A DNA stretch of 64,000 bases from an uncultured bacterium. GTDB taxonomy: Bacteria > CAYUVA01. The position numbers and the translations under genes are program-made. The notes beneath the pieces are model-generated. The model was not told where the DNA came from. It did no database searches and was given only the letters and a program-made list of their open reading frames with translations. The stretch lies in assembly GCA_964448115.1 (NCBI GenBank), contig CAYUVA010000013.1, forward strand, positions 8,351-72,350, written 5' to 3'. Of the stretch, positions 18,637 through 28,292 are shown one piece after another; the first letter of the stretch is position 1; every line of letters starts with the position of its first letter.

Positions 18637-19278
18637 ATGGAAGATAAATTCGTGCTGATCGGGGATCAGTTCCCCAAGATGACAGTAGAGACCACGGATG
18701 GGACAAAGACTTTGCCTGATGATCACAGCGGGAAATGGTTTATCCTGTTCTCACACCCGGCTGATTTCACGCCAGTCTGCACCACGGAGTTCGTCGCTTT
18801 TCAGCGCAGATTCAAACAGTTCAAGGAGCTTGGAGTCGATCTTATCGGACTTTCAACCGACCAGGTCTTCTCACATATCAAGTGGCTGGATTGGATCGAA
18901 GATACCCTGGGAGAGGAGATCGAGTTCCCCGTTATAGCAGACCATAACGGCGCTGTAGCAAAAAAACTTGGACTGATCCACCCCGGCAAGGGAAGCACAA
19001 CAGTTAGAGCCGTTTATATTGTTGACCCCAACAGTATCGTTCGTGCTATCCTTTACTACCCACAAGAACTGGGACGAAATATGGACGAGATCGTCCGAAT
19101 GGTAAAGGGATTGCAGTTTGCTGATAACAATAAGGTCGCAATTCCAGCTGGCTGGCCTAACAACGAGCTGATCAAGGATGAGGTCATAATCCCGCCGGCT
19201 AAGGATAGAAAAACAGCAAAACAGAGAATGAAGCAGCATCAATGCTTCGATTGGTGGTTCTGCCACAAGAAGATGTAG
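18637..19278 (+). CDS. Peroxiredoxin (Prx6/archaeal TPx-like)
   Basis: [21 protein letters not shown]-terminal CFDWWFC. Confidence 0.95.
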   Translation: MEDKFVLIGDQFPKMTVETTDGTKTLPDDHSGKWFILFSHPADFTPVCTTEFVAFQRRFKQFKELGVDLIGLSTDQVFSHIKWLDWIEDTLGEEIEFPVIADHNGAVAKKLGLIHPGKGSTTVRAVYIVDPNSIVRAILYYPQELGRNMDEIVRMVKGLQFADNNKVAIPAGWPNNELIKDEVIIPPAKDRKTAKQRMKQHQCFDWWFCHKKM

Positions 19279-19316
19279 ATGAACAGAATGATTCAAATGC
19301 AAGGAGAACAAGGGAT

Positions 19317-19832
19317 ATGATTAGCGAAAAGATACAACAGGCTTTCAATGACCAGGTGAATGCAGAGCTTTTTTCTGCATACCTATACCTGTCCATGCAC
19401 CATTACTTCCAGGCTGAGGGCTTACCCGGCTTTGCCAACTGGATGTATGTGCAGACCCTCGAGGAGATGACCCATGCACAGAAGTTCTTCGACTTTGTCA
19501 ATGAACGCAACGGCAGGGTGATCCTGAAAGCAATCGAGACGCCACAGTCCGAATGGGAATCACCGCTCGATGCCTTCAAGGACGCCCTGAAACACGAGGA
19601 GTACATCACCGGGCAGATCAATGACCTGTTGAAGCTATCCAGGGATGAAAATGACTACGCTGCCGAGTCGTTCCTCAAGTGGTTCATCGATGAGCAGGTC
19701 GAGGAAGAGGCTTCGGTTCAGGAGATCATCGACAAACTCAAGCTTATGGCTGAGTCCGGGCACGGGCTTTACATCATCGACCGCGAGCTTGCCCAGAGGA
19801 CCTTTGTGCCACCAGCAGCCGAAGGACAATAG
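19317..19832 (+). CDS. ftnA: Non-heme ferritin
   Basis: QVNAELFSAYLY, EEMTHA, HEEYIT, WFIDEQVEEE; AGGAG upstream of ATG 19317. Confidence 0.94.
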   Translation: MISEKIQQAFNDQVNAELFSAYLYLSMHHYFQAEGLPGFANWMYVQTLEEMTHAQKFFDFVNERNGRVILKAIETPQSEWESPLDAFKDALKHEEYITGQINDLLKLSRDENDYAAESFLKWFIDEQVEEEASVQEIIDKLKLMAESGHGLYIIDRELAQRTFVPPAAEGQ

Positions 19833-19857
19833 ACCAAACCTAAAATAAGGGCGGAAT

Positions 19858-21201
19858 ATGGAAGCTGCGGTTATACTTGCCCGTATAAAGTTCGCCTTTA
19901 CAATAGGGTTCCACTTCATCTTTCCCGCCATTACCATCGGCATGGCCTGGATCATCCTGTACATGATAACCAGGTATTGGCGGGGAGGAGAAGAACTCTA
20001 CGGGCAAATGGCGCGCTTCTGGGTCAAGATCTTCGGAGTTACATTTGCAATGGGGGTTGCCACCGGCATCACCATGGAGTTCCAGTTCGGGATGAACTGG
20101 TCTGAGTATTCGAGATTCGTCGGGGATATCTTCGGCGCTCCGCTGGCTGCCGAGGGCATCTTTTCATTTTTCCTGGAGTCAACATTTCTGGGGATTTTGC
20201 TCTTTGGCTGGAAACGATTCTCCAAGAAAACTCTCTGGTTAGCATCGCTAATGGTTGCGGTCGGTGCTACGCTTTCAGCATTCTGGATCCTGGCGGCAAA
20301 CTCCTGGCAGCAAACCCCTGCTGGATATCACATAGTCAACAGCAGGGCGGAGCTGACCAGCTTCCTACAGGCGGTGTTCAATCCTTCGACCATTCCGCGT
20401 TTTTTTCACACGGTTGTAGGGGCGATGATTACCGGCGCATTCTTTATGATGGGAATGAGCGCCTGGTATCTGATCCGGGGAAAACACAAGGAATTAGCTG
20501 CCCGATCCTTAAAGATAACACTAACTGTCGCATTTTTCTTCTCAATACTACAGCTCTTCACCGGGCATTTGCACGGCGTCCAGGTGGCTCGCACGCAGCC
20601 GGAGAAGCTCGCAGTGCTCGAAGGGCACTTCGAGACGCATCGAAGAGCGCCGGCACTTCTATTCGGAATTCCATCACGCAGCGCTGAGAAGGTTTATCTG
20701 CCCATAAAGATACCGGGGCTACTCAGTGTATTCGCCTATGGCGATGCGAATGCGGTGGTCGCAGGCTTGAAGGACTACCCCAAAGAAGACTGGCCGCCAT
20801 TCGTTCTGACCTTCTATCCGTTCCATATAATGGTCGCCCTCGGTGGGATTATGCTTCTATTCACCGCTTTTGGCATGTATCTGCTGATTAAAGAGAGACT
20901 CTATGATCATAAGAAGTTCCTCAAGTGGGCGCTATATGCCATACCGCTGCCCCATATAGCCAATCAACTAGGTTGGATGTCAGCCGAAGTGGGCAGGCAG
21001 CCCTGGGCGGTCTATCACCTGCTTCGCACCAAGGATGCGGTATCCATCTCGGTGCCGGCATTTCAGATATTCCTCGCCCTCGTATTTCTGGTCATAGTAT
21101 ATGCCATCCTGTTCTTGATCTGGGTTTATGTGCTAAGGTTGCTGCTGGAAAGGGGACCTGGTGATAGCAAACTAAACGCTGAAGCGGAGGGCAGCGGATG
21201 A
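19858..21201 (+). CDS. cydA: Cytochrome bd ubiquinol oxidase subunit I
   Basis: FHFIFP, EFQFGMNW, FFLESTF, NSWQQTP, QPEKLA, EVGRQPW. Confidence 0.97.
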   Translation: MEAAVILARIKFAFTIGFHFIFPAITIGMAWIILYMITRYWRGGEELYGQMARFWVKIFGVTFAMGVATGITMEFQFGMNWSEYSRFVGDIFGAPLAAEGIFSFFLESTFLGILLFGWKRFSKKTLWLASLMVAVGATLSAFWILAANSWQQTPAGYHIVNSRAELTSFLQAVFNPSTIPRFFHTVVGAMITGAFFMMGMSAWYLIRGKHKELAARSLKITLTVAFFFSILQLFTGHLHGVQVARTQPEKLAVLEGHFETHRRAPALLFGIPSRSAEKVYLPIKIPGLLSVFAYGDANAVVAGLKDYPKEDWPPFVLTFYPFHIMVALGGIMLLFTAFGMYLLIKERLYDHKKFLKWALYAIPLPHIANQLGWMSAEVGRQPWAVYHLLRTKDAVSISVPAFQIFLALVFLVIVYAILFLIWVYVLRLLLERGPGDSKLNAEAEGSG

Positions 21202-22214
21202 CATTCCTGCAGGTTATATGGTTTATACTTATAGGCGTTCTGCTGACCGGTTATGCGATCCTCGATGGCTTCGACCTCGGCGTCGGGATTTGGCATCTGT
21301 TCAGCAAGAAAGAAAAAGATCGTCAGCGGATGCTGGCAGCCATAGCCCCGGTCTGGGACGGCAACGAGGTTTGGCTTCTGACCGCTGGCGGAGCGCTATT
21401 CGCAGCCTTTCCGCATGTTTACGCCACCGCCTTCAGCAGCCTGTACCTGGCGCTGATGCTAGTGTTGATTGGGCTTATATTCCGCGCGGTAGCCATCGAG
21501 GTGCGCAGCAAGGATGAGAATCCGAGGTGGAAAAGCGCCTGGGACAAGGTCTTTGCCATCGCCAGCATGGTACCAGCTTTCCTATTCGGGGTGGCGATTG
21601 GCAATATGCTGCGCGGGATACCGCTTGATGAGAGGATGAACTTCACGGGGAGCTTTTTCTCGCTGCTCAATCCTTATGCGCTGCTTATTGGCTTGCTAGG
21701 CTTCATTGCCTTTGCTCATCACGGCGCGCTTTACCTGATCCTGAAGGTGGATGGAGAGCTTGGACAGCAGGCGATAAGGTGGGCAAAAAGCTCCTGGATA
21801 GCGCTTTTAGGCATGTATCTGCTAGTATCGGCTGTAACCTTGACCACGCAGGATGCCATTGTAAAGGCTGCTGCCGAGCGTGAGTTTATTGGCTTTTTCC
21901 CGGTGATCACATTGCTTGCGATGCTGGGCGTGCGCTATTATGTAAGGCGAGACGATTACAGCAAGGGCTTTATTGCATCGGCTCTGACCATTGCAGGCAT
22001 GATGGGCATAGTGGGAGTTACTCTATTTCCGAGGCTGGTGCCGGCATCGAACGATCCATCATTGAGTTTGACTATTTATAATGCCTCATCCTCGTGGATG
22101 ACCTTGCTGGTGATGCTTATTATGGTGATAATCGGCATGCCGATAGTGATAGGCTACACGCTCTGGGTTTACAATCAATTCAGCGGGAAGGTGGATGAGG
22201 AGGGGGGATATTGA
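21198..22214 (+). CDS. cydB: Cytochrome bd ubiquinol oxidase subunit II
   Basis: LDGFDLGVG, PVWDGNEVWL, LFAAFP; ATGA overlap with cydA. Confidence 0.97.
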   Translation: MTFLQVIWFILIGVLLTGYAILDGFDLGVGIWHLFSKKEKDRQRMLAAIAPVWDGNEVWLLTAGGALFAAFPHVYATAFSSLYLALMLVLIGLIFRAVAIEVRSKDENPRWKSAWDKVFAIASMVPAFLFGVAIGNMLRGIPLDERMNFTGSFFSLLNPYALLIGLLGFIAFAHHGALYLILKVDGELGQQAIRWAKSSWIALLGMYLLVSAVTLTTQDAIVKAAAEREFIGFFPVITLLAMLGVRYYVRRDDYSKGFIASALTIAGMMGIVGVTLFPRLVPASNDPSLSLTIYNASSSWMTLLVMLIMVIIGMPIVIGYTLWVYNQFSGKVDEEGGY

Positions 22215-22224
22215 AAAATGCAAT

Positions 22225-23087
22225 CTACTTTATTGTTAATTTAAATATGTCCTTGAAATCTTTATCTCTAATAGTTCTTATTGTGTCAAGATATTTTGAG
22301 AAATATACACCATTTATTTTTGTTTCTTGTGTTTGCTTTAGATGGTTTCCAGCAATTTGCACATAAGATTCATCTAATTCAATACCGATATACTTGCGGA
22401 GCCAAGTCGCTTTGCAGCTATCGCAGTCGTGCCAGTGCCCACAAATGGATCAAGGACAATATCTGATACATCTGTGCACATAAGAATCAACCTCTCTAGT
22501 AATGGCAATGGTAGCTGGCAGGGATGAGCGTCCCTGCGTTTCTTATGTCTTATTCGATGTATATCAGTCCAAACATCTGAGAGTAAAGGTCCGAAATCAT
22601 GGGCAAGATCCTTTTTCCCGCCATAATCCTTGAGAAACTCCTTGCAGAGTCTGCAACGCGGGTGAGGATATCTTATATCGTAAAACTTAAAATCCTTTAG
22701 TGATTTTGTGTAGTAGATTATTCCATAATGATTTGGTAATAACGTTTTTCCTAAGGGTGCACCACCTGAGTCCCATGATATCCAATGGCGAAAATAAGCT
22801 ATTTTATTCAAATACGCAGCATAGTAGATTAACCATCGTGGAATATTATGTACAAAAATCGACCCGGTAGGTTTTGTAATTCTGACCATCTCGTCAAGCC
22901 AATTATAACACCATTCCAAATACTCATCTTTTTCTTTTTTATCTAAGTAATTATTATATTTTTTCTTTAGATTAAAAGGAGGATCAGCAAAAGTCATATC
23001 AACAGAATCATCTGGTATTTCTTTCATAATATTCAAGCTATCACCTTGTATTATTTTATTTTCGTATTTTTTAATAATTTCATTCAT
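22225..23087 (-). pseudogene. N4/N6 DNA methyltransferase (beta class), frameshifted near the 3' end
   Basis: FADPPFN, HPCQLP, VLDPFVGTGTT. After AAKRLG, two extra nt (22399-22400) shift the expected RKYIGIELDESYV...IRDKDFK tail (stop 22225-22227) out of frame. Confidence 0.85.
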
Positions 23088-23092
23088 ACTAT

Positions 23093-23322
23093 TTATTCTA
23101 TTTCAAGTGATCTGATTAATTTTTTAAAGCGATTTATTTCTTCGTTATGAAATGCTCTTTCTTTAACCCATCATTAAAAATTTTATTTTTTAAGACCAAT
23201 AAAGTATCTTTTATTGAAGAGATATGCCCCTCATAGCTCTCTTCAAAATCAGGATCATAAAAATAAAAAGTATTTTTTTTGATTACTATGTTGTATTTTT
23301 CATCATCTGTTAGTTTCTTCAT
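23093..23322 (-). pseudogene. Type II restriction endonuclease remnant with a probable large internal deletion (DpnII-like)
   Basis: N-terminal MKKLTDDEKYNIVIKKNTFYFY...GLKKEH is joined out of frame to FHNEEINRFKKLIRSLEIE*, whose stop lies 5 nt before the MTase ATG. AT-rich. Confidence 0.6.
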
Positions 23323-23706
23323 GTGTATTACTTCGCCTTCCTGAAAAAAAGGATAATTTCTTCTTCCAAATCAATATGATAGCTCCATACTGTCATGAAA
23401 TACATCCACTAACATCGTTTATACAAATACTTGCTTTAATTACACTCTCTTCCAATGTCAATCCACGATTGCATATTTAATGCAATGAAGTTGATCTATA
23501 CTTTTCGATTTGAGCGCCGTCGAGTAATAATTGCTCCAAGTAACACCTGATGGCATTCTTTGCCATTTCCCCGGCTCCCTGTAGAACTCTTTCTTCAGTT
23601 ACAGGGTGCCACAGCCATTTATCGACCGGGGCATCATTGTAATGAATTACAAGATGATTGAATCACGCCTTGTCAATGGCTGGTGCATGGGCATATAATA
23701 AACTTG

Positions 23707-24318
23707 ATGCGCCAAGATAAATCAATACCGATCATCCTCGCCTCCACATCGCCACGCCGTAAAGCCATCCTTGAAAACCTCAAGATCCCCTTTCTGGTCA
23801 TGGCTCCTGGTTATGTGGAAGGCTGGCAGCCTACCGTCAATTCACCGAAGGATACGATAATAGAAGCCCTGGCAAAGGCGCATTCAGTTGCACAAAAAGT
23901 GCCTGGTACTTTTGTGATCGCTGCTGATACGGTTGTTTTTCATGGCAACAGACCTCTGGGGAAGCCCAAGGATCGCCAACAGGCGCAGGATTGGCTCAAG
24001 CTGCTCTCCGATAGTTGGCACCAGGTGGTAACCGCGGTTGCCCTGGTCAACATGAGGCTCGACTATAAAAAAGCACTGACCGCCACCACAGCGGTTCGCT
24101 TCAGAAAGCTCAGCGGTGAGCAGATCGACAGATACCTGGACACAGGGGAGTACCTCGACAAGGCAGGTGCCTATGGGATTCAAGGCATGGGAGGGCTTCT
24201 GGTCAGGGAGATCAGGGGCGATTACTTCAATGTGGTTGGCTTGCCACTTTACATTCTAGTGCGCCTATTCGAGGATGCCGGCATCGACTTACTAACGCTT
24301 GCCTACCCATCCCGTTAA
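23707..24318 (+). CDS. maf: Maf nucleoside triphosphate pyrophosphatase
   Basis: IILASTSPRR, AADTVV, GKPKD, DKAGAYGIQG, NVVGLP. Confidence 0.95.
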   Translation: MRQDKSIPIILASTSPRRKAILENLKIPFLVMAPGYVEGWQPTVNSPKDTIIEALAKAHSVAQKVPGTFVIAADTVVFHGNRPLGKPKDRQQAQDWLKLLSDSWHQVVTAVALVNMRLDYKKALTATTAVRFRKLSGEQIDRYLDTGEYLDKAGAYGIQGMGGLLVREIRGDYFNVVGLPLYILVRLFEDAGIDLLTLAYPSR

Positions 24319-24464
24319 CAAGTGCTTTTGTGAGTAATTCACCTATCATAAATATGGATAGGCTTCGTTGGTCTTGATGGTTTACAATTGCACGAATAGA
24401 TCGTATAATCTTTTTAACCAATTGAAAGGGGTCTATCAATGTATAACTCACAGGAGGAAATGGA

Positions 24465-24959
24465 ATGAGGTCCAGTAGTTCCACCCACCGACGGCTAGGA
24501 TTAGCCATCCCGCTGGCACTTATCATCATAGCGACACTTGCCACCGCTTCATGGGCGTTATCCGCAAAGGTAAGCGACCAGTGGCTCGTGCAACATTCAA
24601 GGCTAATCATCATCGGAAAGGTTACCCGGCAGTGGTTTGGCGATTGTCCCAACGGACATATATGCACCTACTCGAAGGTTAGCGTCCAATCTACCCTCAA
24701 GGGAGATACGCCTAACAGCGAGCTAACAGTCTGGTATTTCGGCGGCATCAAGGGAGATATCGGCTTAGCTGTGGAAGATATGCCTAAGCTAAGCACCGGC
24801 GAAACCGTACTGCTGTTCCTCAGCCCCAAGGGTGAGGGCTACTGGATAAATGGAGCCTTCCAGGGCAAGCTGACCATCAAGGATGACATGGTTCTCGAAA
24901 GGGGCATCCCCCTGGTCGAATTCATTGAGAACATCTACCGCATAATCGATAACAACTAG
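24465..24959 (+). CDS. Secreted hypothetical protein (resembles N-terminal/pro domains of matrixin-like proteases)
   Basis: AGGAGG RBS, signal peptide, IIIGKV..LKG..FGG..GETVLLFL..FQGK pattern. Confidence 0.65.
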   Translation: MRSSSSTHRRLGLAIPLALIIIATLATASWALSAKVSDQWLVQHSRLIIIGKVTRQWFGDCPNGHICTYSKVSVQSTLKGDTPNSELTVWYFGGIKGDIGLAVEDMPKLSTGETVLLFLSPKGEGYWINGAFQGKLTIKDDMVLERGIPLVEFIENIYRIIDNN

Positions 24960-24968
24960 GGAGGTTGG

Positions 24969-25781
24969 ATGATGATTAACCACAAACATGTTCTTTTTAC
25001 GGTTTTTATTCTGCTTGTCGCCTCGGCAACCTCATACGGGTATATCGACTATGTCTGGGAGTCAGTTCGCAACGCCATGTACGATGATGATCGCTGTGGC
25101 TATGAAAGCCCTCATCTTTATTGGGAAGCTGGCGGTATGACTTATTTAATAGATATCGATGGCACTCCCGATGATGCTGGCGAGCATGCAGCAATATCCA
25201 GCGCCGGTGCCACCTGGAACGATGTCGATTACTGTACATTCACCTTCACCAATGGTGGAAGCCTTAACTTCGATACTGTAGATTTTGGAGTCAACGACGG
25301 GCAGAACATCATGATATGGTTCGAGTCCGACTGGCCTTATGATCCCTCTGTCATAGCAGTAAACTACCACTATTACACCATATCTAACGGTAGGCTACTC
25401 GATGCTGATATAGCCTTCAACGGCGAGGATTATAACTGGACGGTTGGGGATATCCTATATAAATGGGTCGATGTAGAGACGGTTGCACTGCACGAGATGG
25501 GGCACTCGTTGACCCTGGGGGATATCTACAATTCACCGCATTCAGGTTGGGCTTTATGCATGGGGGGAGGCAATGGTGAGCAGACGATGTACGGCGTACT
25601 CGATGTTAGCGGATATACGGTTATAGATACCACCCTGGCAACTGGAGATATGAGGGGCATCAGATACATCTACCCAGAGCCGATTCCGAGCCTTCAAACC
25701 TGGGGAATTATAGTTCTGGCGCTGTTGTTAGGTGGCATTTTGCTGCTAAAAACGCACCGACCCTCATGTCGAATTGATTAA
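24969..25781 (+). CDS. Matrixin/M10-like zinc metalloprotease with an IPTL-CTERM-like sorting signal
   Basis: Signal peptide, DADIAFN, HEMGHSLTLGD, Met-turn TMYG, C-terminal IPSLQTWGIIVLALLLGGILLLKTHR. Confidence 0.8.
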   Translation: MMINHKHVLFTVFILLVASATSYGYIDYVWESVRNAMYDDDRCGYESPHLYWEAGGMTYLIDIDGTPDDAGEHAAISSAGATWNDVDYCTFTFTNGGSLNFDTVDFGVNDGQNIMIWFESDWPYDPSVIAVNYHYYTISNGRLLDADIAFNGEDYNWTVGDILYKWVDVETVALHEMGHSLTLGDIYNSPHSGWALCMGGGNGEQTMYGVLDVSGYTVIDTTLATGDMRGIRYIYPEPIPSLQTWGIIVLALLLGGILLLKTHRPSCRID

Positions 25782-25801
25782 GGAACAGACAAGATTGCAG
25801 G

Positions 25802-27481
25802 TTAAAGCATTTCGTTTTCAACCTGGTAAATGAAGATAAGGTCGGGCCACAGCAGGGAGCGATACTCCTCGTAGATAGCCTGAAGCCTCCTGAACCTCTC
25901 CTCATGGGACATTATGTGGATGATCGTGTCGTAGCAGTAGATCCGATCCCTGTTCTCTGGGCGAATGATATCCCAGTAGTGGTTGCCGAAGACGATATAC
26001 TTGATATCAAAGGCTCGTACCTGTTCTTCGAGCAATGAAGGATCGGCTGGAAGCCCGATGATGTTGCGTCCGGTCTGATAGATAAGCTCTAGCGGATAGC
26101 CGGGTTGAGCCATTATATTGCCCGGGGGGAGGGTGTTTATGTAGGCAGCCGTGTTGGCGCTTTCCAGTTCAGCAGTCGATGCCAGCACTGGATAGCGATG
26201 CTCCTGGTACCAGATCAAAGCCAGAGCCAGTGATGCAAGTGCGATCACCCCTTGAAGGGACCTTGCCAGTTGCGGGCTGAAGCCATCATCGCTTTTGATC
26301 CTTTGTGCTAGATTGACTGCAAGCCTGGCCAATATAATCAGCCCACTACCCCAAATATAAGCTCCGGCGATCGCCGAGGGGAGGCTGTAGCGGGGACGAA
26401 AGCTCTGCATGGGGAGGGGAACGAGGAATACGACAAAAAGCATAAGGATACTGGTGCCTAGCAGCCAAAGCTTGGGATTAACCCTTCGGCTTTGATAAAT
26501 GCTGTAGATAAAGGCAATCAGGCAGGCGATGAACAGGCAGAATAGGATATAGTTGCGCACCAGGAATAAGGCTCGCGGACCTTGTTGCGACAGCGGATTG
26601 AAGATGTAAAACAGGTTTGGCAATAGATGCGACAGCCAATCCTTGGTCAGGTGGAATTTCTGTAAAACGGCTGTCTGGGGCAGGAAATTGGGGTTGAATA
26701 TCGCTGCCAGGCTTATTCTGCTTGTATCCTCCAGCAGCCCGTCCAATCCGCCAGGCTGCAATGGATACTTGCGATAATGAAAATACCGAGTCAAAAGCCA
26801 CGAGATGTAAGCAGCCGCCGTGCTCGCCAGCGGGATGATATTCCTTGGTATTATTCGCTTATCTTTTATCGCTGTTGCAACCAGCATTCCTGTCATCACT
26901 AGCATCAAAAGCAAGACAAAATCAGAGGTATAAGCTGCTGCGATCCCAAGGAACGATGCCATGTACAGCGATCTCGCCTTGCCCAGTAGCCCTGAAAAAT
27001 AAAAGTAAAGCACCGCAATGAAGATGGTCAGCATGAACGACTCCTTGTAGATGCTCTGCGAGTGTTGGATATGCAACGGGATAATCGAGCAGAATAACAA
27101 GGCGATGTTCTTTACCAGCCAATCGACCTTTGCCTTGGTCATCAAGGCATAAAACAAGTAGAATGTGGCAAGCGAGCTGACCAGCGATAGCAGCAATGCA
27201 CCTTTGATATATCCGCCAATGAAGTGGAACAGCCAAATAAAATAAGGATAAAGCGGCGGGTGCAGGGTGTAGAAGAAGTCGAAATAGACCGTGTGGCTGG
27301 GGAAATTCCTCGCCAGGGTTAGATACGATGCCCCATCCCAGGCGATTAAAAAATGGGTTCTATCCCAGAAGATACGAATTACAGCGAACAGGACAAATAC
27401 AGCAAGCAGCGTCAATCTCTCCAGGCGCGCGCCGCTTGAAAGATGCCTATCTGCATTCGATGGAAATAGGTGGCTGATCAT
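25802..27481 (-). CDS. Polytopic membrane glycosyltransferase (GT-C, ArnT/PMT-like)
   Basis: WDGASY..LA, HPPLYP, RYSLP, about 11 TM helices and a soluble C-terminal domain. Confidence 0.75.
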   Translation of the reverse strand: MISHLFPSNADRHLSSGARLERLTLLAVFVLFAVIRIFWDRTHFLIAWDGASYLTLARNFPSHTVYFDFFYTLHPPLYPYFIWLFHFIGGYIKGALLLSLVSSLATFYLFYALMTKAKVDWLVKNIALLFCSIIPLHIQHSQSIYKESFMLTIFIAVLYFYFSGLLGKARSLYMASFLGIAAAYTSDFVLLLMLVMTGMLVATAIKDKRIIPRNIIPLASTAAAYISWLLTRYFHYRKYPLQPGGLDGLLEDTSRISLAAIFNPNFLPQTAVLQKFHLTKDWLSHLLPNLFYIFNPLSQQGPRALFLVRNYILFCLFIACLIAFIYSIYQSRRVNPKLWLLGTSILMLFVVFLVPLPMQSFRPRYSLPSAIAGAYIWGSGLIILARLAVNLAQRIKSDDGFSPQLARSLQGVIALASLALALIWYQEHRYPVLASTAELESANTAAYINTLPPGNIMAQPGYPLELIYQTGRNIIGLPADPSLLEEQVRAFDIKYIVFGNHYWDIIRPENRDRIYCYDTIIHIMSHEERFRRLQAIYEEYRSLLWPDLIFIYQVENEML

Positions 27482-27954
27482 CTAGTCTTGAGGATCATAA
27501 TCCCCACTATAACAATAAGGGCGAAGACGAGCAGAAGGATTATGTTTCCGAGTGTCTTGCGCGCTTTGGCTCGTTCTTGCTCTTTTTTGGCTCTTCTGCT
27601 GATGCGGTCTGCTTTTCTCTCGAACCTGGGGGCAGGTGGTTTTTGCGCTGCCTTTGCCTTGGCAGCCTGCGGACTCTCGGTAGGCTCTGATTTTTCTTTT
27701 GTAGTTTCTGCTGGTTCCCCTGTACCAGGGCTGAGTCCGATGTCTCTCTCCACTTCCTCGTATTCGACACCAGCCAGCCTTGCGTACTTCTGCTTGGCTT
27801 CCTTTAGCTCCTTTTCTAGCTTCCTTAACGGGCTATAATATCCTATTTTATCTACCTCTCTGCTTTGTTTCAGTTGCTCCTCGTATCTCTTATGGCGAGC
27901 GATCTTCCTTTTGAGATCTTCGATCTTTACCCTGAGTGAATAAAGGTCATCCAT
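27478..27954 (-). CDS. Hypothetical coiled-coil protein with a C-terminal membrane anchor
   Basis: 158-aa ORF with an AGGGG RBS, charged helices and a single C-terminal TM; overlaps the next gene by 4 nt. Confidence 0.65.
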   Translation of the reverse strand: MDDLYSLRVKIEDLKRKIARHKRYEEQLKQSREVDKIGYYSPLRKLEKELKEAKQKYARLAGVEYEEVERDIGLSPGTGEPAETTKEKSEPTESPQAAKAKAAQKPPAPRFERKADRISRRAKKEQERAKARKTLGNIILLLVFALIVIVGIMILKTR

Positions 27955-27979
27955 GATTTATACCCCTATTTTAATAATA

Positions 27980-28053
27980 TGCGCCTGAGAGGACTCGAAC
28001 CTCCGGCACAGGGATTAGGAATCCCTTGCTCTATCCTACTGAGCTACAGGCGC
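27980..28053 (-). tRNA. tRNA-Arg(CCT)
   Basis: GCGCCTGTAGCTCAGTAGGATAGAGCAAGGGATTCCTAATCCCTGTGCCGGAGGTTCGAGTCCTCTCAGGCGCA folds into a cloverleaf with anticodon CCT; CCA is not encoded. Confidence 0.96.
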
Positions 28054-28165
28054 AGTAGCTAAACTTATAGATACTATATACTCTGATTGTTCAATTTTCA
28101 ACCCTTGACAGATGATGTATGAAACACCCCTCATTAAGCGGTAAAATACTTGGCTGTTATGGTAT

Positions 28166-28195
28166 TTGACTTGGAAAGGGGTGTTTGGCTATACT
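28166..28195 (+). promoter_or_regulatory. Putative sigma70 promoter
   Basis: TTGACT-18 bp-TATACT upstream of 28293. Confidence 0.5.
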
Positions 28196-28292
28196 CATAA
28201 TAGTCGCTTAATTGTGGCATAATGGTCGCTTTGGAATATATGATCGCGAAGAATAATGAACTCGGGAAGAGAAAACCAGGGGGATAAAGATA

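Noticed and set aside
18637-19278. Selenocysteine recoding in the redox genes
   Set aside because: The catalytic positions are Cys codons and no in-frame TGA interrupts these ORFs.
23328-23400. Short minus-strand frame VWSYHIDLEEEIILFFRKAK ending just before the REase relic
   Set aside because: It may be another gene tail, but it is too short to assign.
27980-28000. tRNA-Arg as the integration site of an island
   Set aside because: No integrase is present and I saw no convincing duplicate of the tRNA 3' end; GCGCCTAAAAGGAC near 7598 is only a weak chance-level match.
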